Source of the DNA: Octopus bimaculoides
Lineage: Eukaryota
DNA: 64,000 bases
Assembly: GCF_001194135.2 (NCBI RefSeq)
Contig: NC_068998.1
Coordinates: 40,758,127 to 40,822,126, forward strand
Reading direction: 5' to 3'
Part shown: positions 52,431-64,000 of the stretch, in pieces
How the letters are laid out: each line of letters begins with the position of its first letter
Position numbering within the stretch: the first letter of the stretch is position 1
The notes under the pieces: model-generated
Seen by the model: the letters and a program-made list of their open reading frames with translations, nothing else
What the model was told of the DNA's origin: nothing
The model's database searches: none
Program-made: the position numbers and the translations under genes

Positions 52431-52600
52431 GCACTCTTGTCTTGAAATCATGTGATGGTTGTAAACAAGCCTCACTACTATACAAGTGGTGTTGTTCATT
52501 TCCAGTATCTCATGAAAAACATGTCTTGTTATGGAAGGAATACCACCTTACTTGGAAACATGTGAGGGTTGGTAAATCTGCCTCAACAAATTCCTTCTGA
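52258..52600 (+). mobile_element. SINE family A head with alternative tail-2
   Basis: Same head, (TG)n, then ...CAAGCAGTGTC...CCTTACTTGGAAACA.GTGAGGGTTGG. Similar at about 11043-11300(+), 40640-40965(+), 54820-55095(+), 56790-57125(-), 58720-59120(-). Confidence 0.7.
52389..52428. repeat. (TG)n microsatellite inside a SINE
   Basis: Directly visible. Confidence 0.95.
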
Positions 52601-53297
52601 TCTATGCAACAATGGATGATAGATAAAAGAGGTGTTTACAGAAAATTTGGACACACAGCTTTGATAATTTCGTCTGTAGTCGTATATCATTACTAGGATC
52701 AACTCAAACGACAGTGTACTCTTCTCTTGGGCCTTGAACCAATATTCAGACACTATTTGGTTTGGTTGGGTCAAATGATAAAGTTCGCAGTTGGTTCTAT
52801 GACAGATGAGCTTGAGAAAGATTAAAAGGAAGTATAAACCTAGAAACTGATAAGAAACACACAAACTTTAAAGCAGGCAATGTGTGCTTTTGGCCTTTTA
52901 CAAATTATTAATCTAAAAATTGTTTGATAGATCTACTTATAGTTCAACTCATTTTGCAGTTTTATATTGCACCACTAACATTGCACTGTGCATGCAGCTG
53001 AGATACTTATCCAACTCTTTAAGCTGTGCAGCACAAAAAAACAGACAGGCAAAACAAGGAGTAATAAAGTCAAATGTAAGTGGGTATTGCAGTCCAAGTA
53101 GTAGCAGCACTGCAATTGAAACTTTTAGGAGGTAAAGACTGGAAAGGGACAGACTCTGCTGTGCAAGTAAGAATTTTCTGTAGTCATCTTATTTCTGATC
53201 TAATGATGTTTGGGACTTGCCACTGCTTTATGTATAAACTAAAATATCAAAGCAGTTTTTGATATTTTGGAAATTCAACATCATACACAATGAAGAC

Positions 53298-53342
<45 letters not shown>

Positions 53343-53430
53343 NNNNNNNNNNNNNNNNNNNNNNNNNNNNNNNNNNNNNNNNNNNNNNNNNNNNNNNNNN
53401 NNNNNNNNNNNNNNNNNNNNNNNNNNNNNN

Positions 53431-53472
<42 letters not shown>
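53298..53472. repeat. (GA)n microsatellite spanning the 88-N gap
   Basis: GA repeats on both sides of N 53343-53430. Confidence 0.95.
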
Positions 53473-53476
<4 letters not shown>

Positions 53477-55729
53477 ATAACCTTCATGTTCACACACGTC
53501 TGTTCATCTTTTAATCATAAATAATATTAACTCATTGACTTTCTAACACTTTACTTACTACACTGTGAAAGTGGTAGCTTGCAGATTATTGGGTATACAA
53601 GTCCCTTGATAGAAAAAGGGCTAATAATTATATTCTGCCCCAAGGACTCTATTATATTTGAAACAAAATGGTACTCGAACTTTCAATGGATCAGTCTGCC
53701 TAGCTCTGAATTGCTACATTTCACCTCTATATCATTCATAAGTCTTTCATCCGCTTGTAAATTATAATCTAAATAAGATTCACCTATGGGTCTCAAGGAG
53801 GAAGCAGTGTGTTTCAGATGTGACAAGAACAATAATCACTCACAATGTGATTATTGTTATTCTTCCACTCACTATAGCTGCAAACACATACACATTGGAG
53901 GTACAACTAAACAGAAATGCTGTTGGAATTTTGTATGATAAAAAAAGATTTCCACAGTTTTTAAAGAAATATACCTACATTCAAAAATAAATATTTTTTT
54001 CTTTTTAATTTTAGTACAAGGCCAGCAATTCTGAAGAGGAGGAGCAAGTACTTTGTTTTATCATCTTCAAAAGGATAAAAGGCAAAATTTGGCTTTGGTG
54101 GGATTTGAACTCAGAATGTAAAGAGCTGTCCAATGTGCTAATGTTTCTGCCAGCTTGTCAGCCTTCAGAAATAATTACAAAATCACTTCTTTTTACTTTT
54201 ACTGCTCAGAAATTTTGTGCTTTTACAAATCCATTTAAATTGCAATTATGATTTTTTCCCCAACAACTTGTATGCATGCGTGTGTGCGCACACACACGTG
54301 TATTGAAACATATCAAAAAGTTAAATATCAAAAAGCATGTATCCCAACATTAACAACAACAGCAGTAACAAACTAACCTCAACTTCTTGAACAAGCAGCT
54401 CTTGTACACCCTCTTGAAATATAGTATTTCCTCTCAAGAAAGGCACTACTTAAATGATTATTTAATTGCACTCACATAAAAAGCTCAGCATGGTGACTTC
54501 ACACACACAAACACAGCCACTTGTGATGTGGATGATGGAGTTGGTACAGATGGTAAAAAAGTTGGGACTAATTAAAACAGTTAAATTAGTTCAGAAAAGT
54601 GGGAAGATGAGCCTGATAATAAAACCAGATTTTGAACCTAAGTACTAGAGTTCAAATCCTACCTGGGTTGATTGAAACTAATAAAATAAATAACTTGAGG
54701 TGTGATGTGATTAGAAACCTGATATATCAGACTTGAATTCAGTCAGTTATTCTAATCTGGAAAAAATTGCAGTCTTGGGTCAATTGTACCTATTCAAGAA
54801 ACCCAATGTGTATGAAGTAACCATGTTTTTAATACTGCTGGCACCTTAGGCAAGTATTTTCTATTATAGCCGAGTTGACATAAGCCTTGTGAAGAGATTA
54901 AGTGGATAGAAAATGAAAGAACCCCACCATGCACATGCCCCCACCCAATCTTGCTATCATGCAATAATTGTAAAGTATCACCATTATACAAGCAGTGTCA
55001 TTTGTTTCCATAATTCTATGAAAGCATGTCTGGCCATGAGAAAATATTTCCTTGCATGAAAACAAGTGAGGGTTAGCGACAGAACACATCCTATCCCATT
55101 AAATAACGAACTGAGGATAATTAAGAATCCACCTATCCTATGTTTGGATTGCTATTGGTGTCATGTTAAGCAGGCAACAAACATTCCACATGGTTGTCAA
55201 AACAGGTATCACATGGACCACTTGATACCTACAGGATATTTTGTCAATAGAATGTGAAATGTCATCAAATATTGGCCTTACTTGGCCCAGTAACTGACAT
55301 CTGTTCAAGAAATAAGTAGTTCTTCCTCAACTAAATGCAATTGTATCGCAGAATTCTTAAGATATATAAAGCAGTTACCACAAAGAAGGGAATCATTGTT
55401 ATGACAATATGTAAGAGATATTGTTCACTACAGAAGCAGCAGACTAGCTGTTAAATATTTACTGAATACAAGTCTGAAAAGCTGAAAGCAATGTCTTGAC
55501 ACACTTGAAAATACTTCAATTCTGTTAGTGAAACTTATTGAAAAAACAAGTATAGTACCAGAGAAGCATGCTGGATAAATGAATAATTAAATGAACCCAG
55601 TTGCCATGTTAACACATGAAACAGATTTTTAAAAAACTCATGTAATTGTAAGCATAAGTACTTCAATGCCATGAAGTACAACAAACTTTACAATTATCAA
55701 ATGATACTGTGAAATATCCTATTAACCTT

Positions 55730-55950
55730 TTTGATGCTAAATTGCCTGAGACTGCTTTTGGTTCTACAATACAAACTTCCTGTTTAAAGTAATCTAAATT
55801 TAAACTTTCAATTAAAATTTCATGTGAATTTATGTTTCAAACACCATCCTAATGATGGCAAGGATATTATGTTAAACTCTATTATTTTCAAAATTAATTG
55901 AAATAAAGGCAGTGTGTTTTAACGGAAATGTGGTAGCAAAAAGGTTAAAG
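55730..55950. mobile_element. TTAA-flanked MITE, another family (about 0.22 kb)
   Basis: TTAACCTTTTTGAT ... AGCAAAAAGGTTAA. Related pieces near 2330-2535, 45535-45740, 46960-47180, 50920-51120, 58260-58560. Confidence 0.55.
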
Positions 55951-57469
55951 CTTGCCGTCTAATGGTGATAGCATATTATTCCATACATTTACATTCTGTT
56001 TCCTTTTTTCCATGTTTGCATGAGTCGGACAATGATGCAAATTTAGATATTTACATTGATTATTGGAATATATAAAAATTTCAGTTGGATGCTTTTTCGT
56101 TAATTCCTATAAATCAACAAGAAACCAGAAGCAGGACTCAGTCAGATAGACTAAAGTGAATATAGTAACATTTCCTGCCTAAAGGTGTTTAAACCAGAAT
56201 CTTTATTGAAGTCAATAGCCTGCAGTACGTTTCCAGTCATGACAATAAACCATCCAACACAATAAAACAAACAGGCTAAGAACACTGGATATATAAACAA
56301 GTAATACCAATAAATAAATTGATTTTATATCAAAGACTCATTATATATATGATGTAATTCTTAGTATACCTAAAAAAAATAGAGCAAGTAATGTTTTGAT
56401 CTGGTTAAATTTATTTTTGTTCTTCCTCAAAAATATCATAAACCAATTAATTTCACATGATGACGGCCGTCAAAATCATTAACATTGTTTCCTCATCTCT
56501 TGATTTTTCAAAAAAATTTCTTTTTGTTTTCTTTATCTACAGTTTAGGGAACTTTTTCCATCATCTTACAGGAAAAAAGTGTTAAGAAATAATTATTTGT
56601 GCTAATCGTCCAACCCATGCTAGCATGGAAAGCGGACGTTAAACGATGATGATGATGATGATGATGATTACACAACATTCCCTCTAATTTTTCTTAACCA
56701 CTGAGTGGAACATTTTGTGCTTTCATTATCATCATTTTTATGCCCACTTTTCCATACTTGGAATTTTTTAGAGGCAAATTTTGTACAGTTGGATGCTCTT
56801 CCTGTCACCAATCCTCACCTGTTTCCAATTATAGTAATATTTCCCCATAACCAGATATGTTTTCACTGAAAATTAGGAACAAAGGATATTGCTTGCACGA
56901 TGGTAACATTCATTTACAACTATCATGCGATGTCAAAGCAAACGGACAGTAACATATGCACATATATACACAACAGGCTTTCAGTTTCTGTCTACCAGAT
57001 CTACTCACCATGCTTTCTGGCCCGGGGCCATAGCAGAAGACACATGCCTATGGTACCACACAGAAGGATGGAGTCTGGAACCATGTGGTCAGGAAGCAAA
57101 TTTCTTACCACACAGCCATGCCTGTGCTTAGTGAAAATATTTGAAATTCAAAGCTACTATGCAGCATTTAAACCTACATACAGTTTATGAAACATGTATT
57201 TGTAAATTGAGACACACGGCAGCATATTGGTTGCTGCAGCATTCATACAACAACTGAGTGGCCATGCAGCTTAGAAAGAATATCGCATGTAGCTGAAATC
57301 AGTGAATCATGAATTTATTGTTTTACTTGCAGGGCACTATTATTTTTCTTTCTGGTTTCCCTAATTGAAATAGAACAGTTTTTCTTTTCCACTGTCCAGT
57401 CTATAATGTAAAAAAGACAATGCAAGTAAGAGATGTCAGCCATATCAACCACACAAATTGTATATTTAT

Positions 57470-58150
57470 CATCATTTAACGTCCGTTGTCCATGCTGGTA
57501 TGGGTTGGGCGGTTTGACTGGGCTGGCACGCTGGAAGGCTGCACCAGACTCCAGTCTGATTTGGCATGATTTTCTACAGCTGGATGTCCTTCCTAACACC
57601 AACCACTCCAAGAGTGTAATGGGTGCTTTTATGTGCCACTGGCATGGGTGCTAATTTGCGCGACACTGGTATCTGCTACGACTGCAATTTTGCCCAGCTT
57701 GATGGATCTTCTTCTCAAGCACAACATAATGCCAAAGGTCTTGATCATTGCCTCAGTCATTATAAAATAGGAAAATCAAATCCTTCTGGCACAACGATAA
57801 GTAAAGGATCAGACAACACCACTATTTTCTTTTCCAGCTAGGGTAGCCATGTATCTCTCCTACAGCAAGACCCCTATTCGCTATTCCTCTATCATACTCC
57901 ATCCTCTCATCACCTGACATAATGTCATCTCCCTCAATACTATACACATTTGGTCATGGGTCTTGTCTTGTGAGTTACTTGATGAACTCAATATTGCTGA
58001 TGCCATGTAAAAAGCACCCAGTATACCCTGTAAAGTGGTTGGCATTAGAAAGGGCATCTGGCAATAGAAACCACACCAAAGCAGACACTGGGGTTTGGCA
58101 CATTACTCTGGGTCACCAGCTCCAGTCAAAACCATCCAATCTATGTCAGT
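57470..58150 (-). mobile_element. RTE-type LINE 3' end
   Basis: Begins with CATCATTTAACGTCC (reverse of the GGACGTTAAATGATG tail). The same tail with (GAT)n is on + at about 56600-56668. Confidence 0.65.
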
Positions 58151-61100
58151 ATAGAAAACTCACTTCAGCAGTGTCCATATTTTATTAGTTTCATGTTCCC
58201 ACTCAATGGACAGTCTAGATTAAGACTGTGGATAAACCAACATTCTATTAAAACTTTTGAAATACACTGTTAAGCTGATGTTTGGAACATAAATTAATAA
58301 GAAATTTTAATAGGGATGGTTTGGTATCAAAAGATTTAAAGCTTGTCTGACTGTTTGGTGACCATATTTCTAATGAAATACACTGTCTATGGGTTTTAGT
58401 TAATTTTGAAGATAATAATTATGGGAGGTTTATCATAAAAGAGAATAAGTTATTTGTTGTCAAAGCTAGTGTTGGGAATGTAACTTAATAGAAGGTTTTA
58501 ATTTAAATACAAACAATTCATAACAAGGACTGTTGTAAAACCTGAGGCACTCCCAGGTGGGTAGCTATCAATAGAGTCAAACTAAACAATCAGCTGTTTT
58601 AATTCACATATTTACATTTTGAATAAAGGCCGCTTTATTTATGCATAGATTATTTTTTTAATCAAAACATGGGAGCACTTTTCACAACAGACTGCTAGTT
58701 CATTCTCATTAAAATAAACATACGTCACCATTATCATTTTAGCATCCACTTTCCATGCTTGCATAGGTTGGATGAAATTCATTGAGGAAGATTTTCTATG
58801 GTCTTTAGCCATTTCTGTCACCAATCCTAACCTGTTTCCAAATAAGGTAATATTCCCCCGAGCCAGACATGTTTCCAAAATAGATTGAAAATGAAAATGC
58901 GGCTTGTATGTTCAGAACGATCATATGATGTCGAAGCAAGTAAACAGTAACACACACACACACACACACAGCAGGCTTCTTTCAGTTTCCATCAACCAAG
59001 TTCACTCACAAGACTTTGGTCAACCTGGAGCTATAGCAGAAGACACTTGCCCAAGGTGCCACAAAGTAGGACTGAACCTGAAATCATGTGGTTGGGAAGC
59101 AAACTTCTCAACACTTGCCACATGCACGTGTGTGTGTGTCTGTGCATGGACATTTGAGCTCACTGACAAGTCAAACAGGCTAATCAATAGTTCAGAAAAG
59201 TATTTATCAAAAGGCTATAAAAGAAATCAACCTTAAAAATACTAAAAGAGAAAATCAGGGAACATATTGGCTTACCAATTCAAAAGTCAAAACTAAAAGA
59301 CTGAACACCCAAAGCAACTTAACCAAAGATCATTTTGAAAAGAATAACTCTTTTGATACATAACCTGCCTTTTCAAAATTAAAGCATCATTTGAATATAA
59401 AATTTCATCTAATGTAACATTACATCAAAAATCCAAATGCAAATTTACTAACATTCATAATAATAATAAAAGGAAATAAGCTGGTAGAATTGAGAGCATG
59501 GAAAAATGCCTTGCAGTATTTGTTTTGGCTCTAAGTCCAAATCCTGCTGAGGCCAACTTTGCCGTTCATCCTTTTGTAGTTAATACTATTGACTAAACCC
59601 ACTCTCATCCAAATTGTTGACCTTGCACCTAAATCAGAAACAACAGCTGCTGAGCAACTATCCATTTTAACATTTAACACAAGTTGTAGTGGAGCTGTGT
59701 CAGCAACCAACTTCACAGTTGTGCAATGAATATTTTGACAACTCATACTCATAAAATAAATTCAAATTAGAAGTGAATTTAACTTTGTGTGCAATTAAAT
59801 GTCTACAATGATTCTTCCACAATGTAGTTGCTAATAATTTTCTATACTTATATAAAAATACACTTCCATTTTATTTAATTCCTATAATTTATTTGCAAGA
59901 TTTTTTTTTTCATTTTGTTTAAATTCTAAAAAGAATTGGTGGAATGGTGGACAAAACAGTTTGCAGTATTAAGTGACATTCCATGTTCAAACCCTTGGCA
60001 TGATATAATATTGTACAAATACTAGTAGATGCAGGTATAGCTAAGTGGGTATGAAGTTCACTCAGTAACAGTCCCAGGTTTGATCCCAGCATGTGACAAT
60101 TTGATAAAAGTACTTACCATAGTCTTATGCTAAACTTGGATAGACAAATACTGTATAGAAACATGCCAGCTACTGTATCTGTAATTCAAATGCTTGGTTT
60201 TGTCAGACACAGTGACACATTGATTCTACCTGAGAATTACATTTAGGGTTTAAGTGTGAGTGAAATACTCCACCATTTTACATGCTAATTCAACGAATAA
60301 GTTGTCCAATTGATCATCGATCAAACAAGTGGAGGCTTCAAAATAATAGTGAAAGCCTATCATCACCATATCAAAACACTTCGGTTTTGGACACAGGGTA
60401 CACCAATTTTGTTTTTTAAACTAACACAAAAAAACATGGTTGGACAAAGTGTTAATGTTACAAGCGACAATTAGAGTTAACAATGTGCTCCAGTGTACAG
60501 CATTAAAGCAGTATTAATTGAAGAAAATAAATACATTTCTACATAACTTTATTTCTGAGCATAGATTTCTTCTATTGAAGTGAATGCTAATATACCACAG
60601 ATATTATAAAATGGAATGTATCCAAGAGATCTTGGATACACACCACCTTTATTACATGACAGTGTACAACAAACTGATTCTAGACATAAGGCATATCTAG
60701 CCTGCTGGGACCCATGCTTCATTTACATTTCCTCTACTTTCCATGTTGGCATAGGTTAGACAGGTTGTCTAATTTCTTATTGGGAGCCGTTTCTCTCATA
60801 GACTGATGCTTTTATCTATCATATTTGGCTTAATTTTTGTGGACGGATTTCCTTAATATTGTCAATTACTTGACAGTGTACTGAGTGTAGTCTTGTAACA
60901 CCAGCATGAGAGAGGCTGTCAAGAACTTAGTGAACTCATTCTCCTGCCAGTTGGACAATCCCAATAAATACATAGTTACAGATATCTCAATCTTGCTAGT
61001 AGAGAAGTAAATTAATTAATACACATAGACAGTTTAGTCATTAGACATAACTACAGGATTCTAAAGAGATGTAGTGGTTCTGTTGTTTAGTTCTACGCCA

Positions 61101-64000
61101 GCAATGATCATGCCAATCTTTGATGAAAAATGTCACAGCAACAACCAATTACTTTTTGTAGGAGGTAGTAGAGTGTGAATTGGGAAAGAGTTGACTGCTA
61201 CTTCAGCAGGTCAAGTATTACGTACCGGCTCATTTACGACCCCAAAATGATCAAACAGTTGCTGTAATTGAGTTGCAGGTCAGCCCACATTAAGCAGGCT
61301 TATGAGCAAAGGCTTTCCAGCTGTGACCAACACATCTTTTATTCAGATAAAGTGTATTTAAGCTAACATTATTTCAATGTACTTTTTCCTTCAGCAAGAC
61401 AATGAAGTATGACTGGAGGGAGATTTGCCTGCAATCTAGGAATCTTAGGTTGACTGAGATGGAATTAATAACAAACTTCCAAAGAACTGATTAACAACTA
61501 AGCAATTCTGCAATTATTTAACTAATTATAGTTGTTACAGTTCTGCTAGCACATATTTCAGTTAAGAAATATTAGCAACCAGTTCATCACCCATCAACCT
61601 AATTACCAACATATATTTTCAGCACTTGACATTCCAAGAAATACAGGAATGTGTGCTCAACTTCATGGTTCATTTAACATTCAATTCACAGTTATCTTAC
61701 CATTACTGAGTGTATAAAAACACCAAGTCATGTACAAGGAAATATGTACAATACTCTTTTACTTATTTCTGTCATTGGACTGCAACTATGCTGGAGGCAC
61801 CACCATGAAGAGTTTAGTCAAACAAACCAACCCTAGTACATATTGAAAAGCCTTGTACTTATGGTATTTCTCTCTTTTTTTGCTGAACCACTAATTTATG
61901 GGGGGGGGGTGTAGACCGGTTGTCAAGTGATATAAGGACAAACACAAACACACACGCATATATACATATATCATAGGTTTCCAGACAGTTTTACTCAACC
62001 AAATTCACTCAGAAGGCACTGGTTAGCCTGGGGCTATAGTAGAAGACATTTGCTGTGCAGTAGGACTGAACTCGAAACAACAAGACTGTGAAGTAAACTA
62101 ATTAACCACACAGGCATGCCTTTATGTGCATGTGTGCACGCACACACACCCAAAGCTTCCTATGTCAACTTGAAAGTTATCCATTTCAGAATTGCCTTCC
62201 TTTAGTAAACAAGCACACAATACAAACAGGTTGGATGGCTTCAATGTCATACACAAAAGCAAGGCACTAAAGTTTGCTTCACTACTGTGTGGCTTCAGGT
62301 TCAGTTCTATTGTGCATCATCTTGAGCAAGTGTGGTCTGATTGACAATCAGTGTAGGTTTGTTTATGTCCCAGTGACTTAGTAGTTTGGCAAAAAGAAAC
62401 CAATAGAATAAGGACAAGAAAATTAAAACAAATACTGGCATTGATTTCATGAACTTAAGACCCTTCAACGTGGTGCCCCAGAAATGACTGCAGTCCAATA
62501 ACTGAAACAAGTAAAAGAAATTTAAAAAAATTTCTTTAGTAATGTCAAATATTTTAGTTTCATCAAATTTGAATATATTAATGACTAAAGGACCGAAGGA
62601 GAGATTCTTGTTAGACTCATGGTTAATTATGTAAAAAGATATGATGTAAGGTGGATAATTAGCTTAACCCTTGTACTTACAGGTGCTTGGAAGGGTGAAA
62701 GGCAAAATGGCTTTAGAAGTTGAGAACAGTGTGGCAACAAATTGAGATAACCTTAGAAGCAAGTTTTACTTAGTTTAAAATATTTTGAACTGGTTCTTTA
62801 TGCAATCTGGTTAAAAATTTTAAAAATTTCGATTACCATATCTAATGGCATGAAAGAATGCACCTTCAATTACAACAATGCATATTTATTTTAAGAAAAA
62901 AAGTGTGTTAAACTATAATATTTAAAGCAGGTCCAGGGGTTGTTTTTGAGACTTAAAAAAAAAAAAGAAAGAAAAAACCTGTATCTTACTAGGCCATGAA
63001 ATATGGTAGTTTTTATTAAAACACTTTTTAAAAAAACTAATTTACAAGTCAGAAATATAAGGAGTATATCCACTGAAAATTGAATCTTGGTATATTATAT
63101 ACATAATTTGTCAATAAAATCACAAATTAAAATGTGAAGGCGATTCAAAATCAGCCTCAGTGGGATTTGAAACTTAGTAAGGGAAGTTAGCAAAACCAGT
63201 ACTAATTATCTCCAGATAAAATTCAATTATCTCAGTCACCACCGCTGATCTAATTTTCCATGTTAATATTTGCAGAAAAGTTAAGTCTATTAAAGTCCAC
63301 CAGATGTTGAATGGGAGAAAATTAGATGAAACTGTGATTAAGATGTCATGGAAACAAACAGAACCTTCGTATATAACTAATTAGAACTTTTATAGCAATT
63401 TAAAAGCTACAATAAATTTAATGTGAATGTAAAACCTTGCTTGGTACTTTTAAATGACAGACATGTTGAAGTTTTTAGATTTGTATAGCCCAGCTAGTAG
63501 TTTGTACTGACTACATTAATGTAAACCATTCTCAAAATCAAGAGACTGCTAATGATTGACTGAATGAATTGAATAATCTAATTTTCAAACTCAAATGCAT
63601 ATATCTGCACCAAAACCACCCTAGTAAATTTCAAAGCAAGGAAGATAGAAGTGGATTGTTTTATTCTTAACAACTTGAACACTGAACATTATTGTAGTTT
63701 CTAACCAATGCAGATTTCCCTGAACCCAGATACAAGGTCAGTTTTTACAGAGGGGATGGAGAATGTATTTCATTGAATGTTGGAGCTTATTTAGTGACCC
63801 CAGAATAATAAAATGTTAGGATGACTCCAGAGAAATTTGAACTCAAAGCTAAAAAAAGAGACTAAATATCATTAAATCATACAGTTTGGCAATCAACCAG
63901 TTCTTGATTTGTAATAAATTCAGTGATTTGCTACATTTATCATTGCAATAAAAGTCTAGATGTACATCATTGTTCTACCTGTTAGAAATCACAACTTTGG

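Noticed and set aside
1-64000. CRISPR array, operon, defence-system, rRNA or true tRNA gene
   Set aside because: No regularly spaced direct repeats or intronless gene clusters. B-box-like GGTTCAGTCCC motifs belong to SINE heads without cloverleaf structure. The sequence is a spliceosomal eukaryotic locus.

Overview
AT-rich eukaryotic genomic DNA with three N-gaps (5702-6135, 39885-40125, 53343-53430). The SINE/MITE/RTE repeat landscape looks like a coleoid cephalopod such as Octopus; this is inferred from recalled repeat sequences, not a search. The window is dominated by one minus-strand multi-exon gene, a SIN3A/SIN3-family HDAC co-repressor scaffold. I reconstructed 23 coding exons by hand from 50002 down to the stop at 3785. 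All have AG/GT boundaries. The first 22 splice in frame (3323 nt, 1107 codons + 2 nt) and encode a poly-Q tract, PAH1, PAH2, PAH3, the HDAC-interaction domain and the Sin3a_C region. The initiation exon was not found. At least one penultimate exon is missing and probably lies in the 5702-6135 gap. Introns contain two SINE families, RTE-type LINE 3' fragments, several TTAA-flanked piggyBac-like MITEs, a mariner-type MITE and a decayed Tc1-like transposase with DD36E spacing. The best non-obvious leads are a candidate intronic C/D-box snoRNA (20060-20185), a ~95-nt structured element duplicated in adjacent introns, the DD36E element and a candidate 45-nt SIN3 exon at 7274-7318. No prokaryote-type systems (CRISPR, operons) are present.
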